Assembly (NCBI GenBank): GCA_046314355.1 | Contig: JBKBWQ010000001.1 | Coordinates: 800,001 to 864,000 of the forward strand | Length of the DNA stretch: 64,000 nucleotides | Direction: 5' to 3' | Source of the DNA: Candidatus Altimarinota bacterium | Lineage (GTDB): Bacteria; Patescibacteriota; Gracilibacteria; 1-14-2-50-48-13 | Program-made: the position numbers and the translations under genes | The notes under the pieces: model-generated | Told to the model about the DNA's origin: nothing | What the model saw: only the letters and a program-made list of their open reading frames with translations | The model's database searches: none | In this document: positions 49,548-59,498 of the stretch, piece after piece | How positions within the stretch are numbered: position 1 is the first letter of the stretch | Layout: the number at the start of each line of letters is the position of its first letter

Positions 49548-50663
49548 ATGAGAATCGGTATAGATGCCCGCATGTACAGCCCTAAGTTTACAGGTATCGG
49601 ACGTTATAATTATGAGCTTATCAACCACCTTTTTGAGATAGATAAAGAAAACACCTATGTCATCTTCATGAACGAACCTGAATACTCAGAGTTCACCTTT
49701 TCAGCGAAAAATGTCGAAAAAATCTGTGCGGGAGCAAAGTATTATTCACTCGGCGAACAGCTAAGCTTTATGAAGAAGCTCTATCAGGCACGTCTTGATG
49801 TCATGCACTTCACACACTTCAATAATGCCCTGCTCTACTTTAAAAAGCAGACAGTAACCATCCATGATCTTACACTTTCTTTCTTTCCCGGAAAAAAGAT
49901 GACAAAGTGGTATCATAGAGTTGCTTACTTCTTAAGCGTATGGGGAGTTACAAAGAAAGCATACCGGATCATAGCAATCTCAGAGAATACAAAAAACGAT
50001 CTTATAAAAGTACTCAGGGTTCCAGAGAAAAAAATTACAGTGGTTACAGAAGGAGCTTCGCAGGATTTTTCAAAAATCACTGACAAGATGAGATTAAGTG
50101 AAACAAAGAAAAGACTTGGGCTTTCACGTCCTTTCTTTTTATATACAGGAGTATGGAGAGATCATAAGAATCTCGTTGGTCTTATAAAGGCATTTCATAA
50201 GCTCACTCTTTCAAAGGACTTTGATGCAGATCTCGTCATCACTGGACGCCATGATCCTGTCTATACAGAAGTAAAAGACACCGTTCAAGAACTGCACCTT
50301 GAAGACAGAGTCAAACTCGTAGGAATGGTCTCAGAGGGAGATCTCACTGCTCTCTATTCCCTTGCTACTCTTTATACTTTTCCATCATTCTATGAAGGAT
50401 TTGGTCTTACTATCTTAGAAGCCTTCGCGGCAGAACTTCCCGTAGCCTGCTCAAATACATCCAGTCTTCCAGAAGTTGGGGGAGATGCTGTTATCTATTT
50501 CGATCCTTATTCCATAGATGATATGGCTGAAAAAATAGGCATGTTATATGATGACAAAGAACTTCAGAAGGAGCTCATTCTCAAAGGAAAAAAACAACTC
50601 TCTGTATTTTCATGGGAAGATATGACAAAAAAGATACATGATATTTATCTAATGAAAAACTAA
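49548..50663 (+). CDS. Glycosyltransferase family 4 (GT-B)
   Basis: MRIGIDAR, TIHDL, HKNL..LI.AF, FPSFYEGFGL..LEAF. Confidence 0.93.
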   Translation: MRIGIDARMYSPKFTGIGRYNYELINHLFEIDKENTYVIFMNEPEYSEFTFSAKNVEKICAGAKYYSLGEQLSFMKKLYQARLDVMHFTHFNNALLYFKKQTVTIHDLTLSFFPGKKMTKWYHRVAYFLSVWGVTKKAYRIIAISENTKNDLIKVLRVPEKKITVVTEGASQDFSKITDKMRLSETKKRLGLSRPFFLYTGVWRDHKNLVGLIKAFHKLTLSKDFDADLVITGRHDPVYTEVKDTVQELHLEDRVKLVGMVSEGDLTALYSLATLYTFPSFYEGFGLTILEAFAAELPVACSNTSSLPEVGGDAVIYFDPYSIDDMAEKIGMLYDDKELQKELILKGKKQLSVFSWEDMTKKIHDIYLMKN

Positions 50664-50671
50664 TACCCACT

Positions 50672-50980
50672 ATGGCTTTTACTCCTCTTTCCTCTTTAAT
50701 ACTCAGGTCCGCAAAAAAATATAAGGTAGAGGATTCAGCAAAGGCTTCTCTTGTTATTAAAACAGCAAAAACTCTCGTGGGTGAAATTTTTTCAAAAGTA
50801 ACCTCTTCACCAGAGAACCTTATTACCAGAATATTCTTTGACCGCGATATGCTCACTATCTGCGTAGCCAATGCAAGCGTATGCCAGGAGCTACATATGA
50901 GACAGGACGACCTTATGGCTGACATTAATAAAACGCTCCCTTTTCCTTGGGTAAAAAAGATAAAGATCAAAATCTTTTAA
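50672..50980 (+). CDS. dciA: DUF721/DciA family protein
   Basis: About 100 aa; L.I...NA...QEL.M....L...IN.......VK.I.I pattern. Confidence 0.7.
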   Translation: MAFTPLSSLILRSAKKYKVEDSAKASLVIKTAKTLVGEIFSKVTSSPENLITRIFFDRDMLTICVANASVCQELHMRQDDLMADINKTLPFPWVKKIKIKIF

Positions 50981-51063
50981 AAAGTCCTTTGTAACTCTTG
51001 CGGGTTTTGAAAGCATCTGATAGAATTAGTTGATACATAACTTTTATTCGTTACCTTTTGTTT

Positions 51064-51486
51064 ATGTACAATTCCATTTCTTCATTTTTTAAGAAGCTAG
51101 CAGTAGGCGCAGGTGCACTTTACGCAGCTGCAACTCTTTCCCTGGTTCCTGTACTTGCAATAGGTTCAACAAATTTTGGTGTTGATAATGCCAAGGGACT
51201 GAACGTACAGGATGGTTCACTCCTTGATAACGTGACTAACATTATTAATACTGTCTTCCTTCTTCTTGGAATAGTGGCAGTAGGATTTATTGTATGGTCT
51301 GGTATCAGCATCATTACTTCTAAGGATAATGAGGAGAAGCTTAAAAAAGCTCAGAAGTACCTTATCAATGCAGTTATCGGTTTCGTTCTCATTGCACTTT
51401 CATGGACAATTGTGAGCTTTATCATCGCTGCAATCAATAGTGGTGAAAGTGGTTCTGAGGAATTCCAGACAGAACAGCTTTCATAA
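51064..51486 (+). CDS. VirB2/TrbC-like pilin (CPR type)
   Basis: Signal peptide, then NIINTVF.LLGIVAVGFIVWSG..IITS..NEEKLKKAQ..LINAVIG. Confidence 0.8.
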   Translation: MYNSISSFFKKLAVGAGALYAAATLSLVPVLAIGSTNFGVDNAKGLNVQDGSLLDNVTNIINTVFLLLGIVAVGFIVWSGISIITSKDNEEKLKKAQKYLINAVIGFVLIALSWTIVSFIIAAINSGESGSEEFQTEQLS

Positions 51487-51498
51487 GTTCTCTAAGTT

Positions 51499-51535
51499 AA
51501 AAAAACACCTTTGCATAAAGCAAAGGTGTTTTTTT
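51499..51535. terminator. Bidirectional terminator
   Basis: A7-cacctttgc-ataaa-gcaaaggtg-T7 between convergent genes. Confidence 0.88.
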
Positions 51536-51536
51536 A

Positions 51537-53066
51537 TTATCTTTTTAGCTTACGGAGCATCTCTTTATCTACGACACGAAGCGCTATCAGTAGTAATAGA
51601 TACGTAGTTCCTCCAATCATTAATGCTATAAGCATAGCTGGGTATTTTCCCATAGTGCTGAACAGAGGTCCTTCCAGGTATTTCAGCAAGACCGCCATAC
51701 TCACAGCTGCAAGAGCTATCTTTAGGAATTTTCCGGCACGGAGATGAAACTCTAAGCCCTTTCTTGCATAATAGTAAGTCATCACTAGTACAATAATTTC
51801 AGAAATTACAGTAATAATAGCCGCAGCCTTTACTCCCCAAATTGGTATACAGATAATGTTTGCCACCACATTAAGTACAAGCGTAGTGCAGTTTACAATT
51901 ATAAGTTTTTTCTGATTATCCTGAGCAATCAGCAGAAAGTTAAATAAGAGATTGAGAAAGGAGAAAACTATCGTAAAAATCAAAATCTGCAGATAAATGT
52001 CTGATCCTACAAATCCTGTCTGTAAGTTGGAAATGTAAGCATCAGAATTTGTTACCCGTATAACCTCACGGGACAGAGCCCATCCTCCGGCTACAATCGG
52101 TGCCGACATCAAAAAGAGAAAATCAAAGGAGTATTGAATCATGGCGGAGACATCCTTACTCTTTGTTTTGATACTCTCACTCAGAGCTGGTAGCAGTGCA
52201 TTGAGAAAGAATAAAGGAAGAATCGTAAAAATCTCTATTACTTTAATTGGTGCAGAATAAAGAGCCAGCTCCTCTGCTACGATTTCCTTTGGAAGAAAGA
52301 AATAGAGTAGAAGTGCATCTATCTTAAAATAGAGAGTCGCAAGTACAAGTGCAAACCCATAAGGCAAAGATTCCTTTATGATCCGTTTCCAAAACTCCCA
52401 GTTGAAAAGAAAACGTATCCTGACATATGCACTAGCCACATGTCTTGTATAAAAAAACATCACTATATTCCCTATGACTCCTGCCAAAAATAAAGCCTGA
52501 AAACCTAAAAATGTCGTATCTGCTGCATATCCCGGAGAGGGTTTTGCATATAATAGAAAGATGGAAATACAAAATATACTTACGATCACAATTTTGCCCA
52601 CCACTTGAGCAATAGTTGCATGGAGCATGTCATATTCTACTTGCAGCACACTCGTAAGAGCACCTGTAAGCAGAGCAAAAATAGTAGAAATACCAGCTAG
52701 TCCCAAGGCAATCAGGAACATCACTCCCCATCCTTTTTGAAAAGCAGGTACAAAAGAAATCACAAGAAGTGAAGCAACTACTACTAATATGCTCAGCACT
52801 AATCGTATACTTAAAATATTACCAATAGTCTCCTCCATTTTTTCCTTATTCTTCGCAAGCTCCCTGATTGCGATCGTATAGAGACCAAGGTCAGCAGCAA
52901 TACCAGCAAATCCAAGAAACATATATGCAAACTCATACATACCTCTCTCTGCCTTGGTAAGATAGCTTGCAAGAAGCACAGAAGTAATGAGGCTAAAAAA
53001 GCCGACGCCTACTTTTCCGACGACTTGTATAAATGTATTTGAAAGAATCTTGCGGGCTGTGGACAT
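51537..53066 (-). CDS. Polysaccharide flippase (Wzx/MOP family)
   Basis: RKILSNT, ADLGL...IRE, about 14 TM, IP.WG..AAAI.T. Confidence 0.9.
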   Translation of the reverse strand: MSTARKILSNTFIQVVGKVGVGFFSLITSVLLASYLTKAERGMYEFAYMFLGFAGIAADLGLYTIAIRELAKNKEKMEETIGNILSIRLVLSILVVVASLLVISFVPAFQKGWGVMFLIALGLAGISTIFALLTGALTSVLQVEYDMLHATIAQVVGKIVIVSIFCISIFLLYAKPSPGYAADTTFLGFQALFLAGVIGNIVMFFYTRHVASAYVRIRFLFNWEFWKRIIKESLPYGFALVLATLYFKIDALLLYFFLPKEIVAEELALYSAPIKVIEIFTILPLFFLNALLPALSESIKTKSKDVSAMIQYSFDFLFLMSAPIVAGGWALSREVIRVTNSDAYISNLQTGFVGSDIYLQILIFTIVFSFLNLLFNFLLIAQDNQKKLIIVNCTTLVLNVVANIICIPIWGVKAAAIITVISEIIVLVMTYYYARKGLEFHLRAGKFLKIALAAVSMAVLLKYLEGPLFSTMGKYPAMLIALMIGGTTYLLLLIALRVVDKEMLRKLKR

Positions 53067-53163
53067 GAGAAATTTGGGAACAAGAAATACTCTGTCATTC
53101 TAGGAAAATTATCCGAAGACAGCAAGCATAGTTACAAATGAGAATGGATCCAACCAAACAAAA

Positions 53164-53475
53164 TTACGCGACTAACTGAATTCTAATACCATCCGGACCG
53201 TCAACCATGTCTCCTTTATAAATCTTATAACCCATATTCTCTAATCGTAGTTTTATACCTTCTATATCATCTACATTCAGTGCAATATGATTGATAGTCT
53301 GCGTAGTATTGTCACCTGAAAAAAGTGCAAATACCTGAGTCCCTGCACTCATGAAGTATTCATCTCCATAATCTCCCTTCTCTTCCAATCCCAATCCCTC
53401 AATAAAAAACTTTTTTCCTTCCGCCATGTGAGATACATATACAGCGATGTGATCTATTCCAGTTACTTTAGACAT
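53164..53475 (-). CDS. VOC/glyoxalase family protein
   Basis: IDHIAVYV, INHIALNVDD, GPDGIRIQL. Confidence 0.85.
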   Translation of the reverse strand: MSKVTGIDHIAVYVSHMAEGKKFFIEGLGLEEKGDYGDEYFMSAGTQVFALFSGDNTTQTINHIALNVDDIEGIKLRLENMGYKIYKGDMVDGPDGIRIQLVA

Positions 53476-53600
53476 CTTATAACACGACAATAAATAGTTT
53501 TTCTTATTTTTCTACAAAAGAATTAATAATGAGAATTGAGAATAAAGCATCATGAGCCTACCCTTAATTACTAATTACTCCCTTACTCAATTACCTGAGC

Positions 53601-54215
53601 TTAAAACTTCCTTATCAAATACCTCACTACTCCCTGAATCTCCAGTTCATGTATTGCATGGATATCAGGATACTGAGCATTCTCAGCCTTTAAATACATA
53701 ACTCCTGAAGGTTCCTTCATAAGTCGCTTTAGAGTATTTTCCCCATCCACAAGCCCTACTACAATATCTCCCGGAAAGCCTTGAGTTCTTTCAACGATGA
53801 CAGTATCTCCTTCAAATATTCCCGCATCTATCATACTTTCTCCCCGCACAGTAAGTGCATAGATATCATTTTTAGTACCTAAAAATGATACATCAAACGG
53901 TATATACCCCTCTATATAATCCGAAAGATCCTGAGGATTTCCTGCAGGAATATTTCCAAAAAGCGGAACCTGCAGCATCGTGCTGTCTAGCTTTTGTCTT
54001 ACTTTATCAAAGAGAGCAATACCTCTTGCTGTATTATCTCTTTTTATAAATCCTTTCTTCTCAAGAGCACGTAAGTGTTTGATAACTCCATTTACACTTT
54101 TAATCTCAAAAGCCTCCTGGATCTCCGCAATCTTTGGAGAATAGCCGTTCTTTAATTGGTACGTTTCAATAAAATCAAGGATCGTTGCCTGCCTGGAAGT
54201 AAGTCCTGTAGACAT
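53601..54215 (-). CDS. lexA: SOS repressor LexA
   Basis: LTSRQ..IL.FI winged helix, HL.ALEKKG, Ala-Gly cleavage site (IPAG), GESM (Ser), TLKR (Lys). Confidence 0.96.
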   Translation of the reverse strand: MSTGLTSRQATILDFIETYQLKNGYSPKIAEIQEAFEIKSVNGVIKHLRALEKKGFIKRDNTARGIALFDKVRQKLDSTMLQVPLFGNIPAGNPQDLSDYIEGYIPFDVSFLGTKNDIYALTVRGESMIDAGIFEGDTVIVERTQGFPGDIVVGLVDGENTLKRLMKEPSGVMYLKAENAQYPDIHAIHELEIQGVVRYLIRKF

Positions 54216-54247
54216 AAGAATTGTTGGAAACAATATAGGTTACTTAA

Positions 54248-54276
54248 ATAGTAGTGATAATATGTTCACTAGTCAA
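54248..54276 (-). promoter_or_regulatory. lexA promoter with overlapping palindromic operator candidate
   Basis: Minus-strand TTGACT-N17-TACTAT; TAGTGA-N8-TCACTA palindrome at 54252-54271. Confidence 0.7.
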
Positions 54277-54290
54277 GGGAAGAAGGAAAA

Positions 54291-54425
54291 AGTAATTAAG
54301 TAATTGAGGAAGAAAGTAATTAAGTAATTGGGCTCAATAACTGGGCTCGGTAATTGGCTGCAATTATTGAGCTCAATTATTCGAGCCTAATAATGTGCGC
54401 CTAATGATAGAAGCCCAATTACTCT
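54291..54425. repeat. Degenerate short tandem/inverted repeats (GTAATTAA/GTAATTGA, GGGCTCAATAA)
   Basis: agtaattaagtaattgag...gtaattaagtaattgggctcaataactgggctc...gagctcaattattcgagcc; related runs at 23457, 53520 and 60200. Confidence 0.65.
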
Positions 54426-54538
54426 TCCCCCTCCCTCTGCTCAAAAAAATTTAAAAATTTTACTAAACTCCATGGACCCTATATACTATTTTAAATTACA
54501 AAAGAGTCTCCATATCTGCCTTTTACCCTACCTTATCC

Positions 54539-54787
54539 ATGTTTCTGATCCAGGTGTGTATCATAGTTATCCAGATATTTCTTTTTGTACTCTTCATGAG
54601 AGTGATGCTTTCATGGCTTCCTATACCGTCCATTGAAAAGGTTGTACGTATTTTAGGTGATATCGTTGATCCTGTACTGCAGCCTTTTCAAAAGATTATC
54701 CCGCCTATTGGTGGAATCGATCTGACGCCGATGATCATTTTTTTCCTGCTTTCTCTTCTTGAGCAATATCTCTTTTCACTCCTGTAG
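54539..54787 (+). CDS. yggT: YggT family membrane protein
   Basis: RVMLSW, DPVLQPFQKIIPPIGGIDLTPMI. Confidence 0.92.
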   Translation: MFLIQVCIIVIQIFLFVLFMRVMLSWLPIPSIEKVVRILGDIVDPVLQPFQKIIPPIGGIDLTPMIIFFLLSLLEQYLFSLL

Positions 54788-54790
54788 AAT

Positions 54791-56878
54791 ATGCACAAAG
54801 ACCACATTGCTTTCCTCTCCCCGGAAGATAGTATTGAACATCTCGCAAGCGATAGTACCTTTGGTCTAGCAGAACGTGAAGCACTCCTTCGCAAAAAAGA
54901 ATACGGCACCAACGAACTGCCTAAGATTACTCTGCAGGAGCTTTTAAGTGAATTCACTTCTCCGTTTTTTCCTTTTTTGATATTCCTCGCTGGTATTACT
55001 TTTTATTTTACACGAAGCATATTCACTTTCTGCTTTCTCCTGCTTTTTGCATTTATACATCAGGGTGCTCTTCTTATTCTTTATAGAAAAATAATTACGA
55101 GATATTTTGAAAAATATCAGTTTTTTGAAAATACTTTTCCAGAATATGTACATACGGTACGAGGTAATCATATAAAAGATATCCCGACAGCATATAGCGT
55201 TCCGGGAGACATTATTTATGTAGAGGCTGGAGATTCAATTGGCGCTGATATTAGAATCCTCTCAACTTCTCACCTTACAGTAGATGAGAGTATTTTGTTT
55301 GGTCCTATGCATGCATGCAGCAAAAAAACTGCAAAAGAACTCAAAGACCGTTTTAGAAATCCTCTCTCTGAAAATATTCTTCTTGCCGGCTCTTATATTC
55401 TTGAGGGAAGCGCAAAAGGTATAGTCTGGCATACAGGAAAAGATAGATACCTTCAGCAGCTTTACTTTCCTAAAAAGCAGGATATCTGGAAGAATAGACT
55501 TTACTCCTCTGTTGCACTGGTCTATTGGACTCTCTTGATGCTCCTGACAGGACTTACACTAGGCAAACTCCTTGAGCCGTATCTTTGGACATATATTGGC
55601 ATAACTTTAGGACTACTTGTGCCAGTGGCATACCCGCTTGCACTATTACCTGCTCAGGATTCTCTTAAAAAGTCTATTCCAAATGGTATGCTTGCTCAGG
55701 TTGAAACATATATTGAACCTGCTATCTCTGATACAAAGGTCTTCCTACAGGGACAGGAGATTGATCTCAGCAGCCACAGTGATGTAAAGAAACATAAGAG
55801 CCTTGTTGAGAACTTCTTCGAACTCTTCTTTCTAGCTGTCCCTGAAGAGGTGAAGAAAGAACAGCTCACAGAACTTAGATCTCTTGAAAGCTTTGTACAG
55901 AGGACTTGTAAGATGAGCCTTGATTCCCTTCCAAATCTTGAGAAGAACTCTACTCTTTCAAGATTCTCTTTTGATATTCATAAAAATGAGTGCTTTGGAA
56001 AAACAGTATACATTAATACACGACCTGAAGATGGTCTCGGAGAAAAGGATTTTCTCTTTGATACAGATCCTATTATTACATTAATATTCTCTGATCCCGC
56101 TGCTCTTTTAAAGGATGCTACATATATTTCTGATGAGAATATGCAGCTTATGAAAAGAAGGTTTTTTAAAGGAGAAAAAGAAAAGCTTGAAAAACACATC
56201 AAGGACCTTGAGCAAAAAGGATATCTACTCTATGCAGTGGGCGTAGAGGAAACATTGATGAAGACGAAACAAAGACATGAGACCACAGCAACTTTCGTAG
56301 GCTACGTGATGATCCCGTGGAGGTTTAAGCCTCATGGAGAAATGGCACTCAATAATCTCCAAAATCATAATAGCCATCTTTGGCTGTTTAGTTTCAGATC
56401 CTTTTCACCATCTTTTCTAGCAGAGACATTCTCTGTGCCTATGAAAGATATTATGGAAAGTGAAGATCTCATGCATAAAAGCGAACAGTTCAAAAAGCAG
56501 CTTTCTCAAATGCCTTTTAGGGTATTCCATAAGATGGAGCTCGAAGATATCATTACTCTTTCAAAGATCCTGAAAAAACACCGTGAAGCTCCTGTCATCA
56601 CACCTCTCTGGGAAAAGGAACTAGGGGAGTTTCTCCTCCCTGATACAGCTTTTACCTCTGCACCAAAGCTCTCGCGCGCACGGGATCATATACTTGCCTC
56701 TGAACAAAAAAAGAAGCAGGTACAGCAGCTCTCTCTTTGGTACTCATGGATATTGGCTCTTTCAGGAGCAGAACTACTTCCCTATATACTTCAGACTGAG
56801 TATCTCTATCTTCTTTTCATCCTGCCCTTTATTCCCGTCTTATTGATTATACTCTTTTGGACAAAGCGGTCAGCTTGA
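54791..56878 (+). CDS. Degenerate P-type ATPase-like membrane protein
   Basis: YGTNELP, VPGDIIYVEAGD.I.ADIRIL, VDESIL present; TGES replaced by FGPM; no DKTGT or GDGxND. Confidence 0.7.
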   Translation: MHKDHIAFLSPEDSIEHLASDSTFGLAEREALLRKKEYGTNELPKITLQELLSEFTSPFFPFLIFLAGITFYFTRSIFTFCFLLLFAFIHQGALLILYRKIITRYFEKYQFFENTFPEYVHTVRGNHIKDIPTAYSVPGDIIYVEAGDSIGADIRILSTSHLTVDESILFGPMHACSKKTAKELKDRFRNPLSENILLAGSYILEGSAKGIVWHTGKDRYLQQLYFPKKQDIWKNRLYSSVALVYWTLLMLLTGLTLGKLLEPYLWTYIGITLGLLVPVAYPLALLPAQDSLKKSIPNGMLAQVETYIEPAISDTKVFLQGQEIDLSSHSDVKKHKSLVENFFELFFLAVPEEVKKEQLTELRSLESFVQRTCKMSLDSLPNLEKNSTLSRFSFDIHKNECFGKTVYINTRPEDGLGEKDFLFDTDPIITLIFSDPAALLKDATYISDENMQLMKRRFFKGEKEKLEKHIKDLEQKGYLLYAVGVEETLMKTKQRHETTATFVGYVMIPWRFKPHGEMALNNLQNHNSHLWLFSFRSFSPSFLAETFSVPMKDIMESEDLMHKSEQFKKQLSQMPFRVFHKMELEDIITLSKILKKHREAPVITPLWEKELGEFLLPDTAFTSAPKLSRARDHILASEQKKKQVQQLSLWYSWILALSGAELLPYILQTEYLYLLFILPFIPVLLIILFWTKRSA

Positions 56879-56879
56879 G

Positions 56880-57941
56880 TTAAGCATCATTTCCTACAGT
56901 ATATACAAGCAGCGGTGACACACCCATAATTTTCTCTGGCGTATCCAGAATCTTCTCAGGCTTTCTCTCTGCCACATAGTATGCAGCAGCACCTATCATC
57001 GCAGCATTATCTGTGGAATAGAGCTTTTTCATAGGAAAGAATATCTGCTCTTCCTGAAAGCCATGCTTGTGAGCATGCGTAAGCATATACTCCTTTAAAG
57101 CATTATTTGCTGATACTCCTCCTGAAACACAGACAGACTGTGCATTCATGTATTTTGCTGCATCAAAAAGCTTTTCTGCGAGCACTTCCACTACACTTTC
57201 CTGGAATGCTGCAGCAATATCTATCCGTTCTTCCACAGTAAAGGTACCTTCATCCTTGAGAAGCTGGACATGACGCTTTACATCACTCTTGAGTCCGCTA
57301 AAACTAAAATGGTGATTTCCCTTCTGTTTTAGTGCGCGAGGCAGGTGACGCCGAATAGAGAGCCCCTCTGATTCTTTCAAAAACTTTTCTATAGCTGGTC
57401 CTCCAGGATATCCCAGTTCTAATATGCGCGCTACCTTATCAAAAGCTTCACCAGCAGCATCATCTAGAGAATGACCTATAAGCTCATATGAAAAGAAATC
57501 TTTCATATAATAGAGATCATTATGACCTCCTGAGACAGTAAGCACCACCAATGGAAACTTAATCTCATCCTTATCTCTTTCAAGCCAGTTTGCGTAAATA
57601 TGCCCTTCAATATGATGGACAGGTATAAGGGGCTTTCCTAAGAAGAGAGCAAGGGTCTGAGCTGTAGAAATCCCCACTATGAGTGAGCCTAAAAGTCCAG
57701 GTCCCTGTGTCATGGCAATAGCATCTATATTTTGAAATCCTCCAATAGCCTCTCCCATAGCACGGAGAGATGGAATCGCTTGTCTTACATGTTCCCGCGC
57801 GGCAACCTCAGGTACTACTCCTCCTGTGACAGCATGGAGATCAGCCTGAGAAAATACATGACAGGATTCTACATCAGTACCATCTTTTACTACTGCCCAT
57901 GACATATCGTCGCAGGAGGACTCTACAGCAAGTATTCTCAT
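56880..57941 (-). CDS. tsaD: tRNA N6-threonylcarbamoyltransferase
   Basis: ILAVESSCDD, GGVVPEVAAREH, HHIEGH, VSGGH, DDAAGEAFDK, TDNAAMI. Confidence 0.97.
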   Translation of the reverse strand: MRILAVESSCDDMSWAVVKDGTDVESCHVFSQADLHAVTGGVVPEVAAREHVRQAIPSLRAMGEAIGGFQNIDAIAMTQGPGLLGSLIVGISTAQTLALFLGKPLIPVHHIEGHIYANWLERDKDEIKFPLVVLTVSGGHNDLYYMKDFFSYELIGHSLDDAAGEAFDKVARILELGYPGGPAIEKFLKESEGLSIRRHLPRALKQKGNHHFSFSGLKSDVKRHVQLLKDEGTFTVEERIDIAAAFQESVVEVLAEKLFDAAKYMNAQSVCVSGGVSANNALKEYMLTHAHKHGFQEEQIFFPMKKLYSTDNAAMIGAAAYYVAERKPEKILDTPEKIMGVSPLLVYTVGNDA

Positions 57942-57995
57942 AAGTGTATATTTACAATGTATTCAGGTTATACCCTTTTTAAGATATGACAGCAA

Positions 57996-58039
57996 CAAAA
58001 AAAATACCCCCCGCGTCGAACGCGGTTAGGGTATTTTTT
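57996..58039 (-). terminator. Rho-independent terminator
   Basis: aaaaaaataccc..ccgcg-tcgaa-cgcgg..gggtattttt after the LysM/M23 gene. Confidence 0.8.
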
Positions 58040-58049
58040 ATTTATTTTC

Positions 58050-59183
58050 TTATAGGTATGAAAGTGGATTCATACGTACATTGTTCTTGATAACCTCGAA
58101 GTGAAGATGAAGTCCTGTTCTACCATATGATCGTCCAGTGTTACCCATCCAACCAATAGTTTCTCCAGCACTTACCTGCTGACCTGGAGTTACGTAGAGT
58201 TCTTTCATATGCGCATAGAGCGTTCGGAGACCGTCACCGTGATCAATAATGATCATATTTCCGTATCCTCCGTTATAACCTCCTTGTGCTTTAATTACTT
58301 TACCTCCCTTAGCGGCCACGATACCTGTAGTATGATTTCCCTTTGTATAACAGATGTCGATGGCAGGATGTCCTGAATGAAATTTCTGTGTAATCACAGG
58401 GCTTGCAGTAGGCCATCTAAGAGATAGTCCCTGCTCTGTTGGCTCACTAGTTTTAGGTGTTGTCTTCTTTGCAGCAGCCGTAGTAGTCTTCTTCGCTGTT
58501 ACAGCTACAGTTGCTGTAGTTTTCTTCGGAGTCGTCTGAGCTACATTTGCAGCAACTGTTGGAGCTGGAGTAGTATCTGCAACAATAGTCGGTTTTACAT
58601 CACTAAGCTTAAGTCCTGGAAGGATAAGCTGTGATCCCTTAAGTACAGCTGCATCATCAGAAAGTTCATTCTGATTGGCAATAATAACTGGATCTAGACT
58701 ATATTTCTTTGCTATTTCAGCAACATTCGTATCATTATCTATAGTATAGAGTACTCCATCTACAGGAAGCACCTTCAGTGTCTGACCTTCCTTAATCATA
58801 GATGTAGCTTTCAATCCGTTTGCTCCTATAAGAGTCTCCGTAGAGATACCATAACGTGCAGCAATTCCTCCTAGAGTATCGCCACCCTTTACCGTATATT
58901 CCACAAGATTATTGGATGTAATTCGTCCGGCATCATCTGTTCCTAAGATAGGATTAGAAAGAATACCGTCTTCACCAACATATACAGAGTCAAAGTTCTT
59001 AGCAAGTTCATCAATGTCATCTGCCTGCATGGAAATATACATTCCATCTCCATCAAATACAGGAGTAGCAGCAGTACCTACCGCAGCGAAGCTTGGTAAA
59101 ATACTTGCAGAGCCAAAAAATACAACCATTACAAGGGACAGTATTCTCTTTCGGAGATTTCCATGGGAGAACACGACATGCAT
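58050..59183 (-). CDS. LysM (x2) plus M23 peptidase (possible upstream ATA start at 59318)
   Basis: YTVKGGDTLGGIAARYGIS LysM; HPAID, LYAHM and TGLHLHFEV M23 motifs; frame open to 59336. Confidence 0.92.
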   Translation of the reverse strand: MHVVFSHGNLRKRILSLVMVVFFGSASILPSFAAVGTAATPVFDGDGMYISMQADDIDELAKNFDSVYVGEDGILSNPILGTDDAGRITSNNLVEYTVKGGDTLGGIAARYGISTETLIGANGLKATSMIKEGQTLKVLPVDGVLYTIDNDTNVAEIAKKYSLDPVIIANQNELSDDAAVLKGSQLILPGLKLSDVKPTIVADTTPAPTVAANVAQTTPKKTTATVAVTAKKTTTAAAKKTTPKTSEPTEQGLSLRWPTASPVITQKFHSGHPAIDICYTKGNHTTGIVAAKGGKVIKAQGGYNGGYGNMIIIDHGDGLRTLYAHMKELYVTPGQQVSAGETIGWMGNTGRSYGRTGLHLHFEVIKNNVRMNPLSYL

Positions 59184-59318
59184 AGATGAGTATGCATATT
59201 CAAAAAATGAAAAAAGTGAGGTGTGGGAACGGGATTTAAGTTCTGTTAAATGTTCTTCTCTTAAGCTTAGTTTCTGATGTCTTCGTTTTTGTGCTAGTTT
59301 GTTCGATCTGGTTCCTAT

Positions 59319-59498
59319 GGTCGACTCCTTTATTAGATATAACTATCATACGGTATACGTCTGTGAAGCTCGTAACTTCCACCTGTATGAGAGTTATTTT
59401 ACTCATACAAATGCAGATTTAGGGGGAATCCCCTGCGTATAGTGATAGCGGCAGACAGCGCCAAATGAATAAATTGTGTTCAAAAAATGAACAGTTCG
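59319..59498 (-). ncRNA. Candidate structured 5' leader (cis-regulatory RNA) of the LysM/M23 gene
   Basis: Promoter TTGTGT-N17-TATAAT (59533-59505); nested stems ctatca/tgatag, tatacg/cgtata, gggg/cccc, tgtatgag/ctcataca, gaag/cttc. Confidence 0.5.

Noticed and set aside
54291-54425. CRISPR array
   Set aside because: Repeats are 7-11 nt, degenerate, lack regular unique spacers, and no cas genes are present.
59319-59498. tmRNA, RNase P, tRNA or canonical c-di-AMP (ydaO) riboswitch
   Set aside because: No tRNA-like ends and no recognisable RNase P or ydaO consensus by eye; kept only as an unassigned structured leader.
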